Source: Ophelia neglecta
Lineage: Eukaryota
NCBI GenBank assembly: GCA_965285935.1
Contig: OZ260666.1
Coordinates: 7,192,001 to 7,256,000, forward strand
Direction: 5' to 3'
Length of the DNA: 64,000 nucleotides
In this document: piece by piece, positions 14,143 through 26,200 of the stretch
Numbering within the stretch: position 1 is the first letter of the stretch
Layout: each line of letters begins with the position of its first letter
The notes under the pieces: model-generated
The model's database searches: none
Told to the model about the DNA's origin: nothing
The model's input: only the letters and a program-made list of their open reading frames with translations
Program-made: the position numbers and the translations under genes

Positions 14143-14295
14143 CTATTGCTCTAAGACATCTTCCATGGCGCCTCCCTTTAGTTGCCGTGGCTTGCCCCCC
14201 TTCCAGCAGTATTGTTTGAGGTGGTTGGTCATCATTTTGTACAGGTGGTGCCGCGTGTGTGAACCAGAAAGGCCATGGTTTTTATCTGTGTATAC
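14143..14295 (-). CDS. DPP gene last coding exon (E23): [50 protein letters not shown]; catalytic His
   Basis: Acceptor gttacag|GTA; His codon 14275-14277; TAG at 14143-14145. Confidence 0.92.
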   Translation of the reverse strand, partial: VYTDKNHGLSGSHTRHHLYKMMTNHLKQYCWKGGKPRQLKGGAMEDVLEQ

Positions 14296-17200
14296 CTGTA
14301 ACATGAAGGACACGTTTATATAATATCATAACAGTGTCGCCAAAAGTATTTGTTTGTGTAATTTAACTTTGTATCAATAGCATATGTCATCCGTGATTGA
14401 CTTAACATTTTCAAGTTGTCTATTGATAATGGTAGCTTTTATGATGCATAATAAAACTCAATCATTATTTTATGATATGGCTACAACGTAACATTTCCTA
14501 TATATATATATATATATTCTAACACAAGTGCTGATCATCTGCAATAAAAAAATTGTGAGCAATTATGAATTGGGCATAACCAGTACGTAAAAGGAATGAC
14601 TATATAATTTCATTATATCATAAATTCGATCCTAAACTATTATTGACCTTTTCCATTTAATCTTATTTTGCAATTCAAATTTATCTGTTATTTGAGATCT
14701 GGTGATTGATGGGTATCAGCCTGGGGCATGTAGTTTCTGGTTATTTTAGACAGTCCTTATGGACTATTCTTCATTAAAGACTCTTCTTTGACTGAGGGAC
14801 ATCCACAAACCCACGTTTCATTCTTGATGTTTTACCTTGTTGGCATGACAACTTACATGAATTCTAAAGTCTACATCCGCCGCTGTCAGGGCTTTAGCGA
14901 GTTGAGCAGAATGCTGGAAATGTACATTGTCTGAAAGCGGAGAAAACCCATAATATCATAACTGAGACCAGGGTTCGTTTGGAATTCATGAAAATTTGAC
15001 GGGATGGAAATTGACAAGAATTTCGGGCAGAGTTCATGAAAAATTGATGAATTTTCTTTGCCGAGTTTAGACATGGATTTTACCTCTTTTTGTAAGATTG
15101 TCTATTAACTACAATAAAACATTTATGAGTGAGGTATGTATTTAGAATTGTATCTGTTCAAACGGCGCCTTACCATCAGCTGTGCCATGTATTAACATAA
15201 AGTCTTTTCCTTTAAAGTGTGAGGCCTTCCGAGACACATTGGCATTCTGGAAGAAAGATGAAGCTTCTTTTTCTTTTACAAGAAAAAATAAACTCTGTAC
15301 CATAATCTGACACTGTTATCATCTTCTAAGTGATGAATCTGACTTTTTTGGAAATCCAACCATGATTTGTAATATTTCGTTTCCCATGCCTTACAATAGT
15401 ATGTTGCCAATAAAACACAGTAGGCCTTTATTCGGATAAACCTGATTACATCATTATTTGCGGCATATTTTTCAAGTCTTCAGAAATTAAAAACCGGAGG
15501 GTCCCACCATTACGCACTGCAACCACCCAGTTTATATGAGTTTAGATGTAAGCATTGATATCGGTTTATCTACTTACATCATAGCCCCTGTAGTTATCAT
15601 TGCTATTGGCTAGGCCCATGTATCTCTCTGCATAGGCTGTGTCTGAAATCAACAAAATGGGATGCTTTACTGAACTTATAAGACTGACACAGAGCTGCTT
15701 GCAACTGGCACAAAAAATGTAGTACACACAAACAAGTAAAGAAATGAACTGAGAAATGAAAAGCAACAAATTATCTTATAATAAATATTAAAATTAATAA
15801 AATAAAAATAAAAATAAATATTAACTAGGCCTAGACATAATCGCTATAATATGAAAAAAAAGTTGCCCTATCTTTCTCTGTGTATTGACATCAAATAACT
15901 CTCCTTTGCAGAAAGTAGGAATGCTGGTTGCAATTAAGTAGAAGTGTAACAATCATAAGCACCTACCATAGTATCTCCAGTCTGTCACAGGGGCTACTGA
16001 TATACCGCAGGTAAACACCGAGTCTGGGTCTCCGACCGCGTGGGCCGCCACAAAACCCCCAAACGACTGAAATATACAGATATAAGGTGTTAATAGCTTT
16101 GTCTATTGACCACCACAACCAAAGATTGAACTGTTTATTTACCTCTCTAAACATAGGTAGGAAAATCGAATATTTTCAGCCTCAAACAAGAAATGTCAGA
16201 GATGGGCATTGATAGAGACTTACCCAGCCCCAGATGGCAACTCTCTCCGCATCAATGAAGGAGAACGAGTCTCGTACAAACCGTCCCCCAGCGATAGTAT
16301 CCTGCACCTCTACGGTGCCCAGCTTACGATATATGGAATGTAGGAATCTGGAATTATCGATAGATTTATATTTATTTATATAATATTGGTTTGCTAGCTG
16401 AAACATCCAGACCATTGACATCAGTTCATCTTTGAACCCACCTGTCACCCCTTCCTCCTGACCCGCGACCATCCACAAACACGCAGATTATCTTCTCCGT
16501 GCTGGTGAGGTAGGTCTCCCATCCCACACGGAACTGTTCTGTCACCATCTGACTGCCTGGGCCGCCATACCTGGAGCAAAGGAAAAAAAATAATGGCACT
16601 GACATGGAATAATGTAGTACGAGATATATAGATACTGCCAACTCTTTTAATACTTTTAGCACATAGATTATGACAGGGTAGAGAGATATACTACCTACAC
16701 ATGGATTGGGTAGATAGTTATACTGACACACTGGTGGGGACTGGGAACAGAATTACAATTCACTTACCATGGATCGAGTAGATAGCGATGCTATTTACAC
16801 ACGAGCATGGACTTGATAACGAGCTGTACTACTTTCACCTAGACACGCACCGAGTAGAGAGCTATACTATTTACGAATGGACATTGAGTACATTTATACT
16901 ACTTACACATGGACGAGGACTGGGTAGAGGGTGATATGATCCTTGTTTAACACAGGAGGCAGTAACACCTTTACCCATATACCTGAAAATACAAAAACGA
17001 AACTGAACAGAATCACATGACAAACAGGCATGAACATAAATTATATCACTCTTTTTCGAAGCAAATACTTTTTTCAGGTACTGAAAGCGTTAATTGGACA
17101 TCTGCCTCGGTTAGAGATGTACTCTGAATATAGTATTTTGCTCTATGAGTGACTTACTTTCTCCGTCCTCAGTTTCCACTTCGTAATACTCAATAGGGGG

Positions 17201-20200
17201 CAGTGCCTTCTTCCCGATGCGAGATGCAAATTCGTGATTGTCTTCCAACATAATCTCTGAAAAATACATTCAATAGAGTCAGTGGAAGATAAGAGACCAT
17301 ATAAGCTGGAAGGCCAGCTTGTGCATCATGTCGAGGGTAACGTGGCCGCCTTAGTTTGGGATACAGTAGCAGACAATAGAACACAGGCTTGAGTGCTGAT
17401 GACAATGCATGGCCAAGGACACGTGTATCAAATCCACCAAAGCATCTCCACGGATCAAGAACATATCACGAATTGGGGTTTAAAAACAATGTTTGATAAA
17501 GCGTCGTTACCCCAAGCAAGAATTAAAATTGTTGGATGGCTGTTCCCTACGGACGGGGATTCATCCTCGGACACCAGACCCCTTCCCCCCGCCCCAACAA
17601 AACATACTCTCTTATCATTCCCTTGCCTGTGAGCATTTCAGTTTGTATACTACTAACCTCCGTCTGATTTCGTACTAAAGATGGTGTAAAAAAAATCCGC
17701 CAGGGACTGTACTATAGATGGTTCATACAAACACCAATAACCACCTATATCTCTATTATAAAGGCTTGATACTACTAAGCTCCGCATGTTTACATAAAAT
17801 AGAGGGTGAAACTACTGACCTCCGCCTGTTTCCGCACTGTACAAGGTGTAGGTCGGGATACCTGGCCCCTGACAATTCAGTATATAGTACTTCCCACTGT
17901 GACTGAATGTGGCGCTGACGTATTGGCAGTCGTCTGGGAAGTGACAGGTGATGCATTGAGGGGATGGAATGGCGACGTCGCGGTCAGGAATTGTTACACT
18001 GAACAGGTGGCGCCTCCTGGGGTCCATGTTCGTACTAATGAAATAACTGGAAAGGAAGAGCCACATTTGGATTAATAGAACACATTTTCTTTCCCTGGGG
18101 GCCACTAAATTGACAAACCCGTCTCAATGAACAAACTAAATACACGGAAAAGTGTTTTTCAGAGAAAACACTATTCTGGAGAAAACATCACAAAAACAAT
18201 TTTTGTCACCAACAAGAACATGTATCGGCTGATATAAGCCTTTTATTCCGCGTGTACCACACATCTTACCACACAAGACATTAGTATGTAGATTTTATGG
18301 TCACCCGATTGCCAACAAGCAATTAGTCTATGCTTACATTTAATTCGGATTTTCACCACTTCACACAGACAGGCTGTGGACATTTATGTAAGACAAACAT
18401 ATACTTTCATTTAGAAAAGAAGCCCGAATTACAAAGCTGCCCATACTTACAATCTAAATTAAAACAAGAAACTCTGTATATCTCTTAACAACATGCGTAA
18501 CTGAAGTCTGCAGGCATAGTTAATTTTCACGGTAATTGTCCATATAAAACCGAATGAATTATTGAAGTCTTCTGTTTCCATCCATGTTGTTTCTATATTT
18601 ACCACACAATATGTATTGTGATTGTTTGTATTTGGAATAGAACTATAAACCGTTGGCTTCCTGTATAACCAGTATTATAATGACATCACCATAAAAGGCT
18701 TTATTACCCGATCATGTATAAAATAATGCATTCGTTATTTGTTCATGCACTAGTATGTAATACAGTGTAAATCATGCCTGAAAGCGAGTTCCCTATGTGC
18801 CTGATTTCCCAACCGATATTCTTGTTCAAAATTAAGGTAGCATCTGATTTTTTTTCCGGTAACTATAGACTTGCTCAAGGCGGTTAGTAATCTTCATGAG
18901 GAATACTGTAAACTAGAAAATGTCTCGAGTAGGAATTGTTTGTGGATTTCGGGATCATTGGGAAACTCGCAAAATGTCCTTGTCTCGAAACTCCCTGTTT
19001 GCGATTTGCCTCGGAGTCCCTTCAGAGGAATTATCCATAGCATTACTCAGAAACAAAATGTCAGATGGAAAATATAGGGTGAAATATGATCTCGTAAACG
19101 CGTTTGTGGTTTGTAATGGGGATAACGTCTACTAGCTGCTAGATACGACTATACAAAGCCTTCCAGCAGCTCCAAGACCTGAGTGAAGTAAGCAAAAGTT
19201 TAATTAAATTACAATGCCTGAAAAGATCCACTTGGGAAGGTCTGGTTTATGTAATAAAAATCTTGTAAATATTCTGTGATTAAGTTTGTGATAATCTACG
19301 TGCCAAACGCGTCATTTTATTTTCCAAGTTGATTGCTTTAGGGGGATGGGGGTTGAGGGTTAGTCTTGTTCGGGTTGGGGGGGGGGGGGGGGTTGATTGA
19401 GGAAACAACAAAAATAGCATATATGTTATTTTAACCGATTTTTAAAATTTGTTTTAATGAAAAGTGTATTTTATAATGCTTCTTTAAACAATGTCATAGA
19501 GCCTTTTAAAAATGGGTTTGTTATTAAAATACTGATCTATTCACGGGGCGAACAGCAGGGCTTATCAGTATTTTTCGATTATCTTCAGCTGTGAGATTTT
19601 GTACCTATATGGTGAAACATTATCTCGAAAATGTGTTTGTTCACAGCTACTTAAATTAAGATATGTTCTTATTTTTCTATAGAATCTTTGGGTTTCCACA
19701 GGAGTTGAATCATCTAAAATTTGTATATTTGCCTTGGATATTTTTCGGGTCATCTCGTTTTCGCAATGCATATAATCCTGTACATTATAATAGACATGTA
19801 CTTTTCACCTGGTAAGCCTTAACTGATAATAAACAACTTACACGGTTTTTGTTTCCTCGTTGAAGCCGACGATCTGTGTGACGTCCCAGGTCCCTTGAGT
19901 GATGAATGTCTTGACGCCGGGAATCCCTACCTGGGGGATGCCAAAACAATTTATATAAAAAAATGACTCACGCCTTACGAAACATTGACCCACAAAAAAG
20001 TTAATCCCAAGATCTAACTTAGTAAAATATTGGTCAATTAATCACTCAAAAGTGGTCAAAAGGTCAAATCAGATTGTAATATTTAGACTATATATTTCAT
20101 TAATCTGTTCAGTATTAGTTTGCAGGCTGCCTATTATGTCGTGCCTGCCTGCTGGGTGCGCACAGAAAATGTATGGTAGAGCACATGAGAAACTGAGGAT

Positions 20201-23200
20201 ATGAGAATTCATGTGGGAAGATTTCAAATGTCTATTATTGAAATTAACCAAGCGGCCAGTTGGTCTGAAATTCCACAAAAAATTCCTACACAATAAAACA
20301 CAGGTATTTTAAGCCAATCACAGATAGTGTTACATACCGGTGCTGTTACCATGGCGATGTGTTTCCAGAAGCCGGACGTTCCATCTTGTCCCGGTTTTAT
20401 TGTGAGATACGTTTGGCCTCGTTCTATAAACCTTATTGACGGCTGAAAGAATGTAAACTGAACATCAAAACAGCTGCAGGCATTGGTTTAATAATCTATA
20501 GTACATCTAAGTTTTCATGAAAATCTAAGAATATTTAACCTTTACTACATACATATTCCACCGCTATATTATCCACAAATTCCTTACTACTTACGTAGTC
20601 CACCCATCCTGTTCCTCCCTTGCTGTAATCCTCTGTGTTAAAGTAGCAGACAGCATCCCTGGCGTCACACAGGATGTTGATGCTCCAATTCTGGGCACGG
20701 TTTATCCAAGACACCAACAAATGGCTGTTGTCCTGCCAAGTCACATTGGTCAAATAGTATTCTCTAAGGAAAAAAAGGAACGGAATTGTTTTGATAAGGT
20801 GGATACTAGTAAATGAAAAACAGAACAGTGAGAACTACACTGAGCGTTCCCCAAACCACCCCACCTGCACCCCCTCCCACACACACTCACTCCACTCTGA
20901 CTTTAATAACTTTGACCTTCATATAACATATATATAACATTGATATGACCCTGACCTTCGGATGAACCAGAAATTAACCTGGTTTCGATATACCTTGGAC
21001 TTAACACTTATATGACCGTGACCTAGATACGAACTACATCCAACACTGATATAACTATAATCCTGGTATAATCTTGAATATATGACAAAATGTGATTGAT
21101 TAAATTTCCTTGGTCAGTTCCTTACTAAATAAATTATGACCTATAGATGAACCAGAAATAACATGAATATTACCCTGGTCTCGATATGACTTGGAATTAA
21201 CACTTACATGACCCTGACCTAGAATGAACTACATCTAAAACTGATATAACTCTAAATTTGATATAATCCTGATTTTATGATGAGATTGGTAAAATTACCT
21301 GATCAGTTGCTTACTAAATAAATGATGTGATCTTGCCCCTAATATGACCTTGATATAAGTTTAATATGGTGGACAAGTCTAAGCGCGGACATGGCAAGAA
21401 TAATTTTCCTAACCTACTGTGATTAATGATGAAATACTGAACAATGCAGGGCATCAAACTTTTCATCTCTATGACAAAATGTGATTGATAAAATTTTCGT
21501 GGTAAGTTGCTTACTAAATAAATTATGTCATCTTGCCCCTAATAGGACCTAGCTATAATCTTAATACGGTAGACAAGTCTAAGCGCGGACATTGCAAGAA
21601 TAGTCTTCCAATCCACTGTGATTAATAATGAAATAATGAACAATCAAACTATTAATATCTATTGCCATTAATTAATATAACTGAAAATATCTATAAAAAA
21701 AAATAATTCCGCACTAACTGTCCTCTGAAGTCTGGAGCCTGGAGTTCCTTGTGAGGTGCACGGGAATCGACTGTGCTTACCAAGTACAACTGAACTATGG
21801 GTAGTACCCTTTCTCGGAGGTCCCCTGCCTGAAATAAAAACCAAAAACTGTACCTGTCATACTCGACAAATGGAAAGGGTGTGTGCTATCGTGATACTAA
21901 TACAGTCAGTATAATATAGATATTATTTTGTGTTTGCGAATATTTTGTATAACATTTCTTAAAGTGGCAATTAAATTTGAAACAATAAAAAAGTGAATTA
22001 GGTTATCAAAATTTAAGGTAAGTTAAGGTGAATTCCAGTTCAAATCAGTATTCTCAGCATCTTCCCTTCACATGTTTACTGATATGTTCGCACGGGACCT
22101 GACCCATTTAATTGTTAGTTAAAGATTGCCAACAGTATATATTTTACTTAAACATGCCCATGGTAATAGTTCGACCTGAATCAACATGCTCATCAAAATT
22201 TATTGATCGGTAGTTAGAGCAGTTAGAGTATAAACTCTGACCAGTGCATATAATGTAAAACACAATATGTTTGGAACAAGAAAGGTACGCCATTTCGGAA
22301 ATCGGCCTTATTTGGCACGTTTCCTATTAGCGGATCAGTGAGCACATATTAATTAACTTAAGGAGTAGTCCCGCCATAAAAAATATTCGCCCAATTGGTG
22401 GTACTTGCCAAAATTGAGAATATTCCTGTTTCCGAACATTTCTCATTTCAAAGGTTAAAGTATTAGGTTAAAGTAGTATACGTACCTTAGGGTATGGCAG
22501 GCCGTCGATGTCTCCGTAGATATTGGTGCCTTCTCCAAACCGCTGAAACTCATATAGCGGCAACTGACGGTCGTCAATCTTTGCATAAACGATGAATTCA
22601 CCATTAGGTGACCACCAGTGGGCAGAATTACTCTTCAGGATCTCCTCTGGAGGCACAAAAGTGGACTTTTTTTGTTCATTTAATAAGATCAAGCGAAACT
22701 AATCATTTATTTTGCTTTCAAATTGAAATTATTAATGTCATGACAATGTGAAACCAGAATATTTATGCTAATTTCCGTGTCTCTCTTCATACGGTGGGCC
22801 ACAAATATTTTACTGAGGGGCGCCAGCCTCTTCCTAAAATAGATGCCCTAAAAAGAGCATGGCACAGTCTTACTCTTTTTAGGGGAGGAGTTTGGACCCT
22901 AGGCCCCTAATGGTAATGGGTATCTACCCTTCCCCAGCCTCCCCCAGTCCCAAACAATTGTTGGATGAGTATTTTAGGTGTTGTCGACTTAAATTTTACT
23001 TTCTAACCTTCGTACAGCCAGTCAGGTAGGCCATTATAGACCAGCCCCACTACTCCAGTCTGTGTGACCTGGGTCGGAGTAGTGAACGGATCCGACTGGT
23101 AGTACAGGTTGTTCTCATATATAAACGTCTGCAATAGAAAAAAATAAAACAGTGAGCACCTGGGAAGTAGTACTATAGCAGAAGTTGTATATTTGGAAAC

Positions 23201-26200
23201 TGATGAGATTAGTGTATGAGTACCAGTGAGCTTCCTGTCCGAGACCACCCAGCGTACTGTAGATACTTGTCCCTCCAGTTATCAGCGCCCTGTGTGGCAA
23301 CACTCTGAGGAAAAGGTATCAACTTCCTGGAATCAAGGAGTATACAAGCTGTTAGTAGTTATACGGTGTTCAAATAGTGGCGTGATCAATAGGGCCAGTC
23401 AGAGATGACATCATCAAGATCAGCGTAGATTTAAATCTAGCAGGGTGCAGCACTGCATAAACAGTTCTCGTGATGTATGTCTCAATATGGTAAATGAATT
23501 TTGTCCGGGCAATTATATACAATAATGTATTTTCATACGCTATAGAACGAATAATTATGGACTCACTCTTTGGGATTTGAGGCAAATCTGTTGTAAATGG
23601 TATAACTAGCACTGAAAGAATGTCTAAACGTCTGAAAAGACAAATAAATAACTAGTTGTTACGAAATAGCATACCTGTAATGACATACATAGTTTGCATA
23701 GACAATTGTATTTTTCAAGACAACTTGAGCCTGTACATTAAGGAACAATTGATATTGATGTTGACGGCCTGAATAATCTAATAAAGGATCGTTTGTGTTA
23801 TCCGATTAAATGTTAGTAGTATACTCACGTGACGTTTATCGAAGGCGATCAGGACATACTGAAGGTCCTCTGACATCTCCCAGTAGTCTGTGTTCAGTTC
23901 ACGCTGAAACGACATGTAAACACTGTCATTAATATGTAACATGTCTATAATATTGTGAACTGTAAACAACATTTAGTACGTGACCACTCTACAATACAGT
24001 AAACTTTATATGTAATACAGTTTACACCAACACGCACTTAATATGTAAACTATCTACAAAAATAGTATTATGTAAACCACAATTAATATGTAAGAGTTCT
24101 ACTATACAATGTACTGTAAACCACAATTAATAAGTAAACTCTCTACTATACAGTTTTCTGTACACTACATTCAATATGTACAAACATTTTCTGGATCATT
24201 TGTTTAATCAAAATAATCCCTTGTTTCAATATTTTTTGTCTGTGTACTTTTAAACATTGCTCGTTTTCAACCTAAATGTTTTAATGTTAAAATACAGCCT
24301 TGGATATAACATAACACTAATTCTGTTTCCATAGTGTATTTAAATATAATAGCTATAAATATCAGTAACAGTAGCTATAAATATCAGTAACGCGCATGTC
24401 AGAACATGTACCCTCTTATTATTGGCCCCTGAACTAATTCACCCGCCTCTGTACTCCGTAAACCCTTTATAATCTGATTATGAATATAGTATTTTTCTTC
24501 GATATAAGTGGTATTCATATAAGTAGTAGAGGTATTGTTATTTGATATAAGTAGTATCCTTACGAAGGTAGAGTTGTCCATGATAAACTGAGTAGTATTG
24601 TGATCAGCGTTATATTCCATAAGCTCTCCCTGACGATTCCTGTACACGTAGATGTTTCGCTCTGTAACAAGAGTAAGGCTCAGTAATACTACTTCAAATC
24701 AAAACATGTCCTACTTGTAGACAAAAAGGGGAAAATATATACTTCATAGTCTGCGGTACGTTAACAAGATGATCCTCCAACTTCCCATTCCCAGGATTAA
24801 TCATTTATAAATAAGCGTTATTCCAGTAACTCTTGTGGCATATAATCACATTCTATATTTATATGTTATACATATTTGACATGTGTTGAGGGAAAATTGC
24901 ACTTAATAAATACCAACATAATAATAATATTGATAAAACATTTTGTTTTTATAAATATTTAATATCATCACTGTCTTTTTTAGTTTATAAGACTATTTAA
25001 TAATTAATATAGTTTTGTTCACAGATTGGCCTACCTCCAATCCATTTGGCATTGAACTTGAGAGGCTGGTTGTCTGGATCGAATAGGTCGTGAAAGGAGA
25101 AAGGCTCCCCCAGAACTCGAGACGAGTCCTCTGGAACACAAAAGACAACATTATTTACTTGTCTTGGTGGGAGAAAGACTCTGCTCGCGTTTTACAAGTG
25201 TCCTCGGAAACACAAAACACAACATTGTCTAAGGAGTAAGGCTCCCCTACATTAGCGAAAGGTCTTCAGAAACAAAAACACAACATTTCTAAAGGGAAAG
25301 GTTCCACAAGCATTCTTGAGGAGTCAATTGGAGCAGAAAACACATTATCATAGGAGAAAGTCTCCACCAGTAATGAGAGGAGTCCTCTGGAACACAAAAC
25401 TGGACATTGCTTGTTTAAATCTTCACCGAAAGGAATTCTTTGTCTACTCTGGACTGACTGGAACTGGAACCGAGGTTTGAGGTAGAATTTCAGCTCAGTA
25501 TCCCATGGGGCGGTTTGGAGGGTAGTTAGGGCGGTGGTTTGGGGGGGGGGGGAGCGAGGGGGCGGGTGTTGCGGTAGGGGGGGGGGGGCTTTATGGAATA
25601 TAACGCTGACCAAACGAACATTTCCTTATAAACTAGTAGGGAGGTGCGGAATCTAGAAAAATAGGTCGGTCCTATTTATGACACAGAGTCCCTAAGACAT
25701 AGCTAAAAGTAAGGGTATTGGCATTCAATTTTTAATCCTGGTTAGGGCACTCTCCCTCAAAGTTGCGACCCTTGGATCGGGGTATTCCCACAAAGTCTAA
25801 TAATGCGCATCTTTTACTTCTAGATCCCTAGAGCAAATACAGATTGTAGGCTTCGGATTCCAACTATAGGTCTCAGATACAGACTCTATGGCTCGAATAT
25901 CGACTGTAGGTCTCGGATACGCATTCCATGTTTCAGATACGGAGTCTCTGCCTCAGATACGTACTCTAGGGCTGGATATAGATTCTAGCCCTCAGATACC
26001 GACTCTAGTTCTCGGATACAGACCCTAATTCTCGGATACAAATTGCAGGTCTCGGATGCAGACTCTGGGTCACGGATACAGGCTCTAGATTTCGGATACA
26101 GAGTCTAAGGCTCGAATACAGGTAGAGTCCAGGTATCGGATGATGACTCTAGGTGTTTGATACAGACTCTATGTCTCAGACACCGGCACTGGGGCTCGGA

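Noticed and set aside
14089-14145. Stop-codon readthrough (17 open codons after TAG)
   Set aside because: The context TAG-GAA is not a recognised leaky context, and a 17-codon frame is expected by chance.
23115-23303. [14 protein letters not shown]... and the nearer acceptor cctcag at ~23305
   Set aside because: Wrong frame; only the 23326 acceptor gives the LQYAGW motif in phase with E6.
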